From positions 3,412,001 to 3,476,000 of the forward strand of contig NC_086101.1 of NCBI RefSeq assembly GCF_963921235.1: 64,000 nt of DNA, in the 5' to 3' direction. Source of the stretch: Mobula hypostoma. Its lineage: Eukaryota. Each line of letters opens with the position of its first letter. Positions within the stretch are counted from its first letter, which is position 1. The notes below the pieces were generated by a model that had not been told where the DNA came from, did no database searches, and saw only the letters and a program-made list of their open reading frames with translations. Shown piece after piece: positions 11,181 through 24,102 of the stretch. Position numbers and translations under genes: made by a program.

Positions 11181-12192
11181 TACATAGAAACATAGAAACA
11201 TAGAAAATAGGTGCAGGAGTAGGCCATTCGGCCCTTCGAGCCTGCACCGCCATTTATTATGATCATGGCTGATCATCCAACTCAGAACCCAGCCTTCCCT
11301 CCATACCCCCTGACCCCTGTAGCCACAAGGGCCATATCTAACTTCCTTTTAAACATAGCTAATGAACTGGCCTCAACAGTTTGCTGTGGCAGAGAATTCC
11401 ACAGATTCACCACTCTCTGTGTGAAGAAGTTTTTCCTAACCTCGGTCCTAAAAGGCTTCCCCTCTATCCTCAAACTGTGACCCCTCGTTCTAGACCTCCC
11501 CAACATCGGGAACAATCTTCCTGCATCTAGCCTGTCCAATCCCTTTAGGATCTTATACGTTTCAATCAGATCCCCCCTCAATCTTCTAAATTCCAACGAG
11601 TACAAGCCCAGTTCATCCAGTCTTTCTTCATATGAAAGACCTGCCATCCCAGGAATCAATCTGGTGAACCTTCTTTGTACTCCCTCTATGGCAAAGATGT
11701 CTTTCCTCAGATTAGGGGACCAAAACTGCACACAATACTCCAGGTGTGGTCTCACCAAGGCCTTGTACAACTGCAGTAGTACCTCCCTGCTCCTGTACTC
11801 GAATCCTCTCGCTATAAATGCCAGCATACCGTTCGCCTTTTTCACCGCCTGCTGTACCTGCATGCCCACTTTCAATGACTGGTGTATAATGACACCCAGG
11901 TCTCGTTGCACCTCCCCTTTTCCTAATCGGCCACCATTCAGATAATAATCTGTTTTCCTATTTTTGCCACCAAAGTGGATAACTTCACATTTATCCACAT
12001 TAAATTGCATCTGCCATGAGTTTGCCCACTCACCCAACCTATCCAAGTCACCCTGCATCCTCTTAGCATCCTCCTCACTGCTAACACTGCCACCCAGCTT
12101 CGTGTCATCCGCAAACTTGGAGATGCTGCATTTAATTCCCTCATCCAAGTCATTAATATATATTGTAAACAACTGGGGTCCCAGCACTGAGC
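11181..12192 (-). mobile_element. CR1 LINE, 5'-truncated young copy (open ORF 11282-12196), nested in an older CR1
   Basis: Same RT C-terminus as 2822-3841; (TTTCTATG)n tail; the host CR1 resumes after about 12193. Confidence 0.95.
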
Positions 12193-12548
12193 ACACGATA
12201 GACCTGAGGAGGAATTTCTTTAGTTAGAGGGTGGTAAATCTGTGGAATTCATTGCCACAGACAGCTACGGAGGCCAGCTCACTGGGTATATTTAAGGTGG
12301 AGGGTTCTCAGTTCTTGATTAATCAGGGTATCAAATTTTACAGGGGAAGGCAGGAAATTGGGTTGGTAGGGGGCAACAAATCTGCCTTGATGGAATGCCA
12401 GAGCAGACACAAGGGCCATATGGCCATATTTTGCTCCTGTATCTTATAGTATTACATTCTTGCTTGAAATGAGTGCTAACATCACATTTGCCTTCCTTAC
12501 TCAACCTGCAAGTTAATTTTCGGCAATTCTCCTTTCCCCTCCCCACAG

Positions 12549-12658
12549 CTTCCACATGGCCTGCCGCCCTTCGCTGTGGACCTCCTCACCGAGGCAGAGA
12601 TGTGCTTCCTGTCCGACCCCGAGAAGCTCCTCATCCACCACTTTGAGAACTCCCAGAA
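12549..12658 (+). CDS. SKIV2L: SKIV2L coding exon (approx. exon 3 by homology)
   Basis: ccccacag|CTT...CAGAA|gtaagt; LPHGLPPFAVDLLTEAEMCFLSDPEKLLIHHFENSQ(K); 110 nt, ends phase 2. Confidence 0.92.
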
Positions 12659-12824
12659 GTAAGTCTGTGTGTGTATGTGTTGGGGGGGGGGAAACAGCTG
12701 TTCTGCTGGTGGGGTGTCAGGAAGCATCTGTAGTTCTGCCTCTTTTCCCTCAGGCTACGCTCCCACATTGGGCTAGTGTTGTACTTAAAATAATGATAAT
12801 CAGAATTAGCTTTGTTATCACTCA

Positions 12825-13952
12825 CACTCAGTGGCCACTTTATTAGGTACACCTGTTTACCTCATTTATGCAAATATCTGATCAGCCAATCATGTGGCAG
12901 CAGCTCAGTGCGGAAAAGCATGCAGACATGGTCAAGAGGTTCAGTTGTTTGTCAGGCCAAACATCAGAATGGGGAAGAAATGTGATCTAAGTGACTTTGA
13001 CCGTGGAATGATTGTTGGTACCGGGCAGGGATGTTTGAATATCTCAGAACCTGCTGATATCTTGGGATTTTGATCTTTTGTCTTCTTCAGCCTGTCGAAT
13101 GATAGCTTTTGTTACTTTAATGGCGAGAAGAACTATTTTGTTGAACTGGAAGGAAACTAATCCTCCAACTACATTCCAATGGTTTTCTCAAACCATATTA
13201 AGTTTAAATCTAGAAAAAATTAGAAGTGATATTTTTGACCCTTCGGTTAAATTTGAAGAAACTTGGAAACCTTTTATGCAAGATTTTCATATGATGTAAT
13301 CTGACCTTTCCGAATCTTTTTTCTAAACTTAAATTATATGATGAGAGGAGCGGAGTTAACGACATTATTGAACATGTCCGATATAAGCTGTTGGTCTAGT
13401 CCTGTTTTGTTTTTTTTCTTGGGGTTTTTTTTTCTTTTTTGTCTTTTGGGGTTTTTTTTGGTTTATGTTTTTTTTCGTTTTATTTCTTTTTTAATGTTTA
13501 ATCTCATTATGAGTTTGGAAGTCTTTTATATCTATGTTACTTAAAATTCATTTTATATATGTTGATGAACATTTTTCCAATCTCTTTGTACCAACTTTGT
13601 TATTGAGTTTGTAATTTTGAAAAATTAATAAAAAGATTTAAAAAGGATATCTTGGGATTTCCTCGCAGGAGTCACTAGAGTTGCAGAGAATGGTGCAAGC
13701 ATCAAAAAAAAAAATCCTGTAAATGGGAGTTTTGTGCGCGAGACTGTCTTGTTAATGAGAAAGGTCAGAGGAGAATGGCCAGACTGATTCAAGATGACAG
13801 GAAGGCGACAGTAACTCTAATAACCATGTGTTACAACAGTGGTGTGCAGAAGAGCATCTCTGAATGCACAATGTGTCACACCTCGAAATGGATCAGCTAC
13901 AGCAGCAGAAGACCATGAACATGCACAGAGTGGCTGCTTTATTAGGTACAAG
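12825..13952 (+). mobile_element. Degenerate Tc1/mariner-like element, interrupted by L1
   Basis: CACTCAGTGGCCACTTTATTAGGTACA at the start with a related repeat at about 13928-13950; MGKKCDLSDFDRGMIVG HTH-like start near 12969. Confidence 0.7.
13071..13645 (+). mobile_element. L1-like LINE 3' fragment with 15-bp TSD
   Basis: ARRTILLNWKETNPPT..W..LEKIR..FEETWKPF (ORF2 end), T-rich 3' UTR, AATAAA; TSD GATATCTTGGGATTT at 13056-13070 and 13646-13660. Confidence 0.85.
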
Positions 13953-14469
13953 GTGCATATCATAAAATGTATTGTCATATGGCAGCATATGGTGTACTAG
14001 ATAAACAGTACATAGAAAGAAAAAACAGTTCAAGAATGGCCAGGGGTGGGGGGTGGGGGCAGCCGGCCAGTGTTGCCACTCTTCCTGTGCCAGGATGGCA
14101 TGCCCACAAGTACAAGCCCTAACCTGTACCTCTTTGGACTGTGGGAAGAAACCGTAGCACCAGGAGGTAACCCCCATGGTCAGGGGGAGACCCTGCAAAT
14201 CCCTCACAGACAGCGATAGGAAGGGGTGTCTGAACGCTGGCACTGTAAGTCGTTACACAAACCGTTACTTCCTGCTTTCCGCCAACAAACACCTTGCGAA
14301 TTGAACTTCTGATACTCACACCAAAACCACGCCCCCCCCCCCGCCCCGATCTCGGAACCTTGGCTCTCCTGAATGTGAGTTAACCGGTTTTCCGCGGCTG
14401 GTGGTTCCTCAGTTTCCATGCAGTTCAGTGCGTTGATTTCTCTGTCCTTTTCCCGGTTTTGTTTTGCAG

Positions 14470-14587
14470 AATATGGCCCAGAGAGAAATGTGTGGAAGCC
14501 TTGTACCGTGTGGACGTTACCCCTGCTCAGTCGACCCTGCAGGTGGAGCGGAAACCAACCACAGGAGAGTTGCTTGGGTACCGGGAG
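14470..14587 (+). CDS. SKIV2L: SKIV2L coding exon (approx. exon 4)
   Basis: ttttgcag|A...GAG|gtaagg; IWPREKCVEALYRVDVTPAQSTLQVERKPTTGELLGYRE; 118 nt. Confidence 0.92.
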
Positions 14588-14603
14588 GTAAGGACAAACC
14601 ATC

Positions 14604-15268
14604 AGACCATAAGACAAAGGAGCAGAAATCGGCCATTCGGCCCATCGAGTCTGCTCCGCCGTTTTATCATGAGCTGATCCATTCTCCCATTTAGTCCCAC
14701 ACCCCGCCTTCTCACCATAACCTTTGATGCCCTGGCAACTCAGATACCTATCAATCTCAGCCAAAAATACACCCAATGACTTGGCCTCCATTGCTGCCCA
14801 TGGCAACAAATTCCATAGATTCACCACCCTCTGACTAAAAGAATTGCTTTGCATTTCTGTTCTGAATGGGCGCCCTTCAATCCTTAAGTCATGCCTTCTC
14901 GTACTAGACTCCCCCACCATGGGAAACAACTTTGCCACATCCACTCTGTCCATGCCTTTCAACATTTGAAATGTTTCTATGAGGTCTCCCCTCATTCTTC
15001 TAAACTCCAAGGAATACAGTCCAAGAGCAGACAAACATTCCTCATATGTTAACCCTCTCATTCCTGGAATCATTCGAGTGAATCTTCAACGTCAGCACAT
15101 CCTTTCTTAAATAAGGAGCCCAAAACTGCCCACAGTACTCCAAGTGAGGTCTCACCAGCACCTTATAGAGCCTCAACATCACATCCCTGCTCCTGTACTC
15201 TATTCCTCTAGAAATGAATGCCAACATTGCATTCGCCTTCTTCACTACCGACTCAACCTGGAAGTTAA
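14604..15268 (-). mobile_element. CR1 LINE 3' fragment (second subfamily)
   Basis: LVRPHLEYCGQFWAPYLRKD; GLYSLEFRRMRGDLIETF; begins about 16 nt after an exon donor. Confidence 0.9.
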
Positions 15269-15269
15269 A

Positions 15270-15955
15270 GGGTGTGAGTGTAGGGTCCCGTGAGGTAAGG
15301 ACAGGGTGAAGTGTAGGGTCCCGTGAGGTGAGGACAGGGTGTGAGTGTAGGGTCCTGTGGGGTAAGGACAGGGTGTGAGTGTCGGGTCCTGTGAGGTGAG
15401 GACCGAGTGTGAGTGGAGGGTCCCGGGGGGTAAGGACAGGGTGTGAGTGTAGGGTCCCGTGAGGTAAGGACAGGGTGAAGTGTAGGGTCCCGTGAGGTGA
15501 GGACAGGGTGTGAGTGTAGGGTCCCGGGGGGTAAGGACAGGGTGTGAGTGTAGGGTCCCGTGAGGTGAGGACAGGGTGTGAGTGTAGGGTCCTGTGGGGT
15601 AAGGACAGGGTGTGAGTGTCGGGTCCTGTGAGGTGAGGACCGAGTGTGAGTGGAGGGTCCCGGGGGGTAAGGACAGGGTGTGAGTGGAGGGTCCCGTGAG
15701 GTGAGGACAGGGTGTGAGTGTAGGGTCCCGTGAGGTGAGGACAGGGTGTGAGTGTAGGGTCCCGTGAGGTAAGGACAGGATGTGAGTGTCGGGTCCCGTG
15801 AGGTGAGGACAGGGTGTGAGTGTAGGGTCCTGTGAGGTGAGGACAGGGTGTGCGTATAGGGTCCCGTGAGGTGAGGACCGAGTGTGAGTGTAGGGTCCCG
15901 TGAGGTGAGGACAGGGTGTGAGTTTAGGGTCCTGTGAGGTGAGGACAGGGTGTGA
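15270..15955 (+). repeat. G-rich minisatellite, about 34-bp unit x about 20
   Basis: Unit GGTGTGAGTGTAGGGTCCCGTGAGGTGAGGACAG with variant units. Confidence 0.92.
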
Positions 15956-16440
15956 ACACTCAGGTTGGAGGAACAACACCTTATGGGTACCGTCTGGGTA
16001 GCCGCCAACCTGATGGCATGAACATTGACTTCTCAAACTTCCGTTAATGCCCCACCTCCCCCTTGTACCCCATCCGTTATTTATTTATAAACACACATTC
16101 TTTCTCTCTCTCTCCTTTTTATCCCTCTGTCCCTCTGACTATACCCCTTGCCCATCCTCTGGGTTCCCCCCCCCCTTGTCTTTCTCCCTGGGCCTCCTGT
16201 CCCATGATCCTCTCATATCCCCTTTGCCAATCACCTGTCCAGCTCTTGGCTCCATCCCTCCCCCTCCTGTCTTCTCCTATCATTTTGGATCTCCCCCTCC
16301 CCCTCCCACTTTCAAATCTCTTACTAGCTCTTCCTTCAGTTAGTCCTGACGAAGTGTCTCGGCCTGAAACGTCGACTGTACCTCTTCCTAGAGATGCTGC
16401 CTGGCCTGCTGCGTTCACCAGCAACTTTGATGTGTGTTGT
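15956..16440 (+). mobile_element. Penelope-like element 3' end with hammerhead-like motif at 16341-16378
   Basis: Paralogous to 8412-8890; TAGTC CTGACGA AGTGTCTCGGCCT GAAA CGTC GACTG. Confidence 0.8.
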
Positions 16441-16698
16441 ATGTGTATAATGAACTAATGTTAGACAAATTCAGTCGGAAATTATGGCAATCCCAAACTA
16501 TCTCATTATATATTCCAAATCCAAAGAATTCCAAAATCTGAACCACTTCCAGCCCCAAGTATTTTGGATAAAGGGTTCTGAACCATCCGTTGTGATGTGG
16601 GTGTGTGTTGTAACGTGTGGGAGGTAAGTGGAATTGTGTGGGTTGGGATTTTTGTGTTGAACATGCCACATGACCTCACCTGCTGTTTCTATCTCCAG

Positions 16699-16813
16699 GT
16701 GTTCCTAAATGATTCCGGGCTCTCAGCCAAGAACTCGCTGTCTCTGCAGAGACCCCCAGGACCCCTGGCTGAGTCTGTACGAGGCAGCTCAACCAATTAC
16801 CCCTTCTGGCCAG
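16699..16813 (+). CDS. SKIV2L: SKIV2L coding exon (approx. exon 5)
   Basis: tctccag|GTG...CCAG|gtacgt; VFLNDSGLSAKNSLSLQRPPGPLAESVRGSSTNYPFWP(G); 115 nt. Confidence 0.95.
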
Positions 16814-17032
16814 GTACGTTTCCTGAATGTTGTTCAAGTTTATTGTCATCTGGCTGTGCAATTAAACGAAACAACGTTCCTCTGGACTATGGTGCACCCA
16901 CAAAACATATATCACACACAGCACGTAAACCAAAATATTACCACAAGTACGTAAATATAATTCAAATTGCTTGTAGTGTGCAGCACAGGATCAGTAAACA
17001 GCTCACTGTCCCAGTGACGAGACCTTGGTGGT

Positions 17033-17263
17033 TTTTCTTTCCACATTCAGACATTCTTGTCTGGCACGTGGTGTCAGGATTGACCGGGTAACGTTATGAA
17101 CGTTCCTGACTCGACCCTTGTACTTTTTATGAGGCCGAGTGGCTAGCTCGACACTCAACCCGGCACGGATGGAAAGCGTGCTCGGGAGTGGTCCGACCTG
17201 GATTCGAACTCGGGAACCTTCGCTCTGGAGTCCGGCGCTGATCTCACTCGCCACCAGCCGGCC
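17033..17263 (-). mobile_element. tRNA-derived SINE with TSD
   Basis: Minus strand begins GGCCGGCTGGTGGCGAGTG (A box)...GAGTTCGAATCC (B box); CCTTGGTGGT at 17023-17032 and 17262-17271. Confidence 0.8.
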
Positions 17264-17789
17264 TTGGTGGTGACCATTGGTCTCACAGCCTGAGGGAAGA
17301 GTCTGCTACCTGGTACGGCAGTCCTAGTCCTGATGCTACTGAACAGTGCTGTACAAAAGTCTTAGGCACATGTATACAGTGAGGCCAAGACCTTTGCTGT
17401 TTACTGACAGTCTTCTACTGTAATGCCGCCAAAAAAAAACACTGCATGACACGTGAGTGATGATAAAGCCAATTCTGATATGTGTCTTTATTGTGGATTC
17501 ACAGTGGGAAGGGGGCAGGGAGAGGGGAATCACGGTTGGAAAAAGAAGGGAGAGGGTATGGAGTGGGAAGCATCAGAGAGGCATTCTGTAATGATCAGTA
17601 AACCAGTTATTTGGAATCAAATGACCTTGCTGGGTGTCCCAGGGCTGGGTGTGCCTGCACCCATGCTAACCCCGTCCCTGGCATTGCTCCTCTGCTGCCT
17701 GAGCCACACCCTTCCTGTGGCACTCCACACTGACAAATACCGCACTGAGCAAAAGCCTTGGTCACTGCAGATATGTTCACATCGTTGAC

Positions 17790-18695
17790 ACTGTTCTCTT
17801 GGTGGCCTCCCTCACTAGTCCCCTTCTTGCTTGACTGTGCATACAGCAACTGCTGCCTGGATGCTTCACCAATAGCAGCTTTATGGAAGAGTGGCAAAGA
17901 GAAAGCCATTGGTGGAAAAAAAACTGACTTGAAATCTTGACTAGAGTTTGTCAGAACGCATGTGGGAGACTCTGAAGTCAGCTGGAAGAACTTTCTGTGG
18001 TCTGATGAAACCAAAATTGAGCTTTTCAGCCGTTGTGCTAGATGTTACGCCAAACACCACATGTTATCAAACACACCATCTAAACTGTGGAGTGTGGTGG
18101 TGGCTGCGTCCTGCCGTCGGGATACTTCACTACAAGCTGCGTCCTGCCGTCGGGATACTTCGCTACAGGCTGCGTCCTGCCGTCGGGATACTTCGCTACA
18201 GGCTGCGTCCTGCCGTCGGGATACTTCACTACAACAGGTTCCGGAAGGCTTGTAAGGGTAGAGAGTAAAATGAAAGCAGCAGAACACAGGGAAATCCTGG
18301 AGGAAAACCTGATGCAGTCTGCAAGAGAATTGCAACTTGGGAGAAGATTTGTTTTTCAGACTTCCAGTATAAAGCCAAAGCTACACAGTAAAGGCTTAAG
18401 AACAACAAAGTTTATGTCCTGGAGCGGCCAAGTCAGAGTCCAGACCTCAATCCAATTGAGAATTTGTGACTGGACTTGAAAAGGGCTGTTCACTCACGGT
18501 CCCCATGCAATCTGACAGAGCTTGAGCAGTTTTGTAAAGAAGAATGGGGAAAACTTGCAGTGTCCAGATGTGCAAACCAGATAGAGACCTCTCCACACAG
18601 ACTCAAGACTGTAATTGCTGCCAAAGGTGCTACCATCTGCTAAATACTGACTTGAAGGGGGTGAATACTTGTGCAATCAATTATTTTGTGTTTAG
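17790..18695 (+). mobile_element. Tc1-like transposon remnant with an internal 33-bp x4 repeat (about 18103-18235)
   Basis: WKNFLWSDETKIELF; PSQSPDLNPIENL; frameshifted. Confidence 0.85.
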
Positions 18696-18768
<73 letters not shown>

Positions 18769-18829
18769 CACACTCGCACACTCTCACACACATTCACACT
18801 CACACTCACACTCTACCCCCTTGCCCCCC

Positions 18830-19820
18830 CCCCCGGCCTTCTCCGTGCCTTTGTACAGCTGCATCCTGGACTTTGTGTCAGATCGCCGGCACGTGATAAG
18901 AGTGGGCTCCTTCACCTCTGCCCCTCTGACCCTCAACACAGGTGCTTCTCAGGGGTCCTCCTTTGATCTCTGTATACCCATGACTCTGCTGCCACCTACA
19001 GCTCCAATCTACTAATTAAATTTGCTGACAACACCACACTGATTGGCCTAATCACAAATAATAATGAGGCAGCCTACAAAGAAGAAGTCATCACCTTGAC
19101 ACAGTGCTGTCAAGAAATCAACCTCTCCCTCAATGTCGCAAAAACAAAGGAGCTGGTTGTGGATTAGAGGAGGAACAGAGGCTAACCCCTATTGACATCA
19201 GTGGATCTGGGGTTGAAAAGGGTGAACGGCTTTCAGTTCCTCAGCATACACGTCACCAAGGACCTCACATGGTCTGTACATACTGGCTGTATGGTGAAAC
19301 AAGCAGAACAGCGCCTGTTTCACATCAGATGGGCGAGGAAGTTTAGCATGAGTCCCCAAATCGTAAGGACTTTCTACAGGGGCAAAATTGAGAGCATCCT
19401 GACTGGCTGATATCACTGCCTGGTACGGGAACTGTACTTCCCTCAATCGCAGGACTCTGCAGAGAGTGGTGTGGACAGCCCAGCACATCTGTGGATGTGA
19501 ACTTCCCACCATTCAGGACATTTACAAAGACAGGTGTGTAAAAAGGGCCCGAAGGATCATTGGGGACCCGAGTCACCCCAACCACAATCTATTCCAGCTG
19601 CTACCATCTGGGAAACGGTACCGCAGCATCAAAGCCGGGACCAACATTGACAGCTTCTTCCACCAGACAGATTAATTCATGCTAATACAATTATATTTTT
19701 ATGCTATATTGACTGTCCTGTTGTACATTGTATTTATTACAAATTGTACATTTAGATGGAGATGTAAAGATTTTTACTCTTTGTGTATGTGAAGAATATA
19801 AGCAATAAAGTCAATTCAAT
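18830..19820 (+). mobile_element. Rex1/Babar-like LINE 3' fragment
   Basis: LDFVSDRRHVIRVG..LNTGASQG; RARRIIGDPSHPNHNLFQLLPSGKRYRSIKA. Confidence 0.85.
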
Positions 19821-20228
19821 ACACACACACACAGACACACACTCTCTTAAAACTTTTGCACAGTACTGTACCTCCTTCCTGATGGTAGTGGGTCAAAGAG
19901 ATTGTGGGATGGGTGGTGGGGATCATCAACAACGCCTGCAATGCTCCCAGTAAATGTCACAAATGGCGATGGATTCCCAGTGCTGGGAAACACGGATTCC
20001 AGTGGCCATTCTTCAGCTCTCCACTGCAGGCCTGCTTTTGTTCCTTCAGTCATGGGGTGTGACAATTGGTACCAGTATTGGTGATGGGCGGTACGGTAGC
20101 GTAGTCACGAGCACGATGCCTTCGTGCTCCAGCTGCAATTCCCACCACGGTTTGTTTGTTGTCCCCACGACCACGTCGTTTTCCTGCAGGCACTCCGGAT
20201 TGCTTGCACATTCCAAAGATGGTTAGGA

Positions 20229-21695
20229 TTAGTAAGTTGTGGACATGCGATGTTAGTAAGTTGTGGACATGCGATGTTAGTAAGTTGTGGACATGCGATG
20301 TTAGTAAGTTGTGGACATGCGATGTTAGTAAGTTGTGGACATGCGATGTTAGTAAGTTGTGGACATGCGATGTTAGTAAGTTGTGGACATGCGATGTTAG
20401 TAAGTTGTGGACATGCGATGTTAGTAAGTTGTGGACATGCGATGTTAGTAAGTTGTGGACATGCGATGTTAGTAAGTTGTGGACATGCGATGTTAGTAAG
20501 TTGTGGACATGCGATGTTAGTAAGTTGTGGACATGCGATGTTAGTAAGTTGTGGACATGCGATGTTAGTAAGTTGTGGACATGCGATGTTAGTAAGTTGT
20601 GGACATGCGATGTTAGTAAGTTGTGGACATGCGATGTTAGTAAGTTGTGGACATGCGATGTTAGTAAGTTGTGGACATGCGATGTTAGTAAGTTGTGGAC
20701 ATGCGATGTTAGTAAGTTGTGGACATGCGATGTTAGTAAGTTGTGGACATGCGATGTTAGTAAGTTGTGGACATGCGATGTTAGTAAGTTGTGGACATGC
20801 GATGTTAGTAAGTTGTGGACATGCGATGTTAGTAAGTTGTGGACATGCGATGTTAGTAAGTTGTGGACATGCGATGTTAGTAAGTTGTGGACATGCGATG
20901 TTAGTAAGTTGTGGACATGCGATGTTAGTAAGTTGTGGACATGCGATGTTAGTAAGTTGTGGACATGCGATGTTAGTAAGTTGTGGACATGCGATGTTAG
21001 TAAGTTGTGGACATGCGATGTTAGTAAGTTGTGGACATGCGATGTTAGTAAGTTGTGGACATGCGATGTTAGTAAGTTGTGGACATGCGATGTTAGTAAG
21101 TTGTGGACATGCGATGTTAGTAAGTTGTGGGTATGCGATGTTAGTAAGTTGTGGACATGCGATGTTAGTAAGTTGTGGACATGCGATGTTAGTAAGTTGT
21201 GGACATGCGATGTTAGTAAGTTGTGGACATGCGATGTTAGTAAGTTGTGGACATGCGATGTTAGTAAGTTGTGGACATGCGATGTTAGTAAGTTGTGGAC
21301 ATGCGATGTTAGTAAGTTGTGGACATGCGATGTTAGTAAGTTGTGGACATGCGATGTTAGTAAGTTGTGGACATGCGATGTTAGTAAGTTGTGGACATGC
21401 GATGTTAGTAAGTCGTGGACATGCGATGTTGGCAAGTCGTGGACATGCGATGTTAGTAAGTTGTGGGTATGCTATGTTAGTAAGTCGTGGGCATGCTATG
21501 TTAGTAAGTCGTGGACATGCGATGTTAGTAAGTTGTGGACATGCGATGTTAGTAAGTTGTGGACATGCGATGTTAGTAAGTTGTGGGTATGCTATGTTAG
21601 TAAGTTGTGGACATGCGATGTTAGTAAGTCGTGGACATGCGATGTTAGTAAGTTGTGGACATGCGATGTTGGCAAGTCGTGGGCATGCTATGTTG
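20229..21695 (+). repeat. Homogeneous minisatellite, 24-bp unit x about 61
   Basis: Unit TTAGTAAGTTGTGGACATGCGATG; nearly invariant for about 1.2 kb, variants cluster at the right end. Confidence 0.97.
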
Positions 21696-21989
21696 GCACC
21701 GGGAGTGTAGCAACACTTGTGGGCTGCCCCCAGCACTCCTTTGGACTGCGCAGGTCTTTGACACAAACAACGCATTTCACTTAAAAGTTGCTGGTGAACG
21801 CAGCAGGCCAGGCAGCATCTCTAGGAAGAGGTACAGTCGACATTTCAGGCCGAGACCCTTCGTCAGGACGAACTGGAAGAAGAGCATCTGCGGATTTCCT
21901 CATGGTAACGCATTTCACCGTCTGTTTTGAGATACATGTGATAAATAAAGTCAATCTTTAAAGATCTTTAAAAATCCTTCTTATTGTCA

Positions 21990-24102
21990 CTGTTCATGGA
22001 TGAACTACAACAATTGTTCATCCCAGTTCGGCAAAAGAATAAATCAAGGAAGGTAGCGCACCCGTGGCTGACAAGAGAAATTAGGGATAGTATCAATTCC
22101 AAAGAAGAAGCATACAAATTAGCCAGAGAAAGTGGCTCACCTGAGGACTGGGAGAAATTCAGAGTTCAGCAGAGGAGGACAAAGGGCTTAATTAGGAAGG
22201 GGAAAAAAGATTATGAGAGAAAACTGGCGGGGAACATAAAAACTGACTGTAAAAGCTATTATAGATATGTGAAAAGAAAAAGATTGGTTAAGACAAATGT
22301 AGGTCCCCTACAGACAGAAACAGGTGAATTGATTATGGGGAGCAAGGACATGGCAGACCAATTGAATAATTACTTTGGTTCTGTCTTCACTAAGGAGGAC
22401 ATAAATAATCTTCTGGAAATAGTAGCGGACAGAGGGTCCAGTGAGATGGAGGAACTGAGGGAAATTCATGTTAGTAGGGAAGTGGTGTTGGGTAAATTGA
22501 AGGGATTAAAGGCAGATAAATCCCCAGGGCCAGATGGTCTGCATCCCAGAGTGCTTAAGGAAGTAGCCCAAGAAATAGTGGATGCATTAGTGATAATTTT
22601 TCAAAACTCTTTGGATTCTGGACTAGTTCCTGAGGATTGGAGGGTGGCTAATGTAACCCCTCTTTTTAAAAAAGGAGGGAGAGAGAAACCAGGGAATTAT
22701 AGACCGGTTAGCCGAACATCGGTGGTGGGGAAACTGCTAGAGTCAGTTATCAAAGATGTGATAACAGCACATTTGGAAAGCGGTGAAATCATCGGACAAA
22801 GTCAGCATGGATTTGTGAAAGGAAAATCATGTCTGACGAATCTCATAGAATTTTTTGAGGATGTAACTAGTAGAGTGGATAGGGGAGAACCAGTGGATGT
22901 GGTATATTTGGATTTTCAAAAGGCTTTTGACAAGGTCCCACACAGGAGATGAGTGTGCAAACTTAAAGCACACGGTATTGGGGGTAAGGTATTGATGTGG
23001 ATAGAGAATTGGTTGCCAGACAGGAAGCAAAGAGTGGGAATAAACGGGACCTTTTCAGAATGGCAGGCAGTGACTAGTGGGGTACTGCAAGGCTCAGTGC
23101 TGGGACCCCAGTTGTTTACAATATAGATTAATGACTTGAATGAGGGAATTAAATGCAGCATCTCCAAGTTTGCGGATGACACGAAGCTGGGTGGCAGTGT
23201 TAGCTGTGAGGAGGATGCTAAGAGGATGCAGGGTGACTTGGATAGGTTGGGTGAGTGGGGAAATTCATGGCAGATGCAATTTAATGTGGATAAATGTGAA
23301 GTTATCCACTTTGGTGGCAAAAGCAGGAAAACAGATTATTATCTGAATGGTGGCTGATTAGGAAAAGGGGAGGTGCAACGAGACCTGGGTGTCATTATAC
23401 ACCAGTCATTGAAAGTGGGCATGCAGGTACAGCAGGTGGTGAAAAAGGCGAGTGGTATGCTGGCATTTATAGCAAGAAGATTCGAGTACAGGAGCAGGGA
23501 GGTACTACTGCAGTTGTACAAGGCCTTGGTGAGACCATACCTGGAGTATTGTGTGCAGTTTTGGTCCCCAATCTGAGGAAAGACATCCTTGCCATAGAGG
23601 GAGTACAAAGAAGGTTCACCAGATTGATTCCTGGGATGGCAGGACTTTCATATGATGAAAGACTGGATGAACTAGGCTTATACTCGTTGGAATTTAGAAG
23701 ATTGAGGGGGGATCTGATTGAAACGTATAAAATCCTAAAGGGATTGGACAGGCTAGATGCAGGAAGATTGTTCCCGATGTTGGGGAAGTCCAGAACGAGG
23801 GGTCACAGTTTGAGGATAAAGGGGAAGCCTTTTAGGACCGAGATTAGGAAAAACTTCTTCACACAGAGAGTAGTGAATCTGTGGAATTCTCTGCCACAGG
23901 AAACAGTTGAGGCCAGTTCATTGGCTATGTTTAAGAGGGAGTTAGATATGGCCCTTGTGGCTAAAGGGATCAGGGGGTATGGAGAGAAAGCAGGTACAGG
24001 GTTCTGAGTTGGATGATCAGCCATGATCATACTGAATGGTGGTGCAGGCTCGAAGGGCCGAATGGCCTACTCCTGCACCTATTTTCTATGTTTCTATGTT
24101 TC
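21990..24102 (+). mobile_element. CR1 LINE, about 2.1-kb 3' portion (RT with premature stops and a frameshift)
   Basis: KSPGPDGLHPRVLKE..NYRPVS..QHGFVKGKSCLTNL..YLDFQKAFDKVPH..SKFADDTKL; tail (TTTCTATG)n. Confidence 0.95.

Noticed and set aside
15245..16036. 263-aa and 247-aa Pro/His/Thr-rich ORFs
   Set aside because: Translations of the 34-bp minisatellite.
17190..17263. tRNA gene candidate (also 61310-61388)
   Set aside because: A and B boxes continue into SINE bodies (with a TSD in the first case); no clear cloverleaf with terminator.
20050..21784. Four long ORFs (461-556 aa) and a CRISPR-like appearance
   Set aside because: The ORFs arise from a stop-free 24-bp unit read in several frames. 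Units are contiguous with no unique spacers, there are no cas genes, and the context is a eukaryotic intron.
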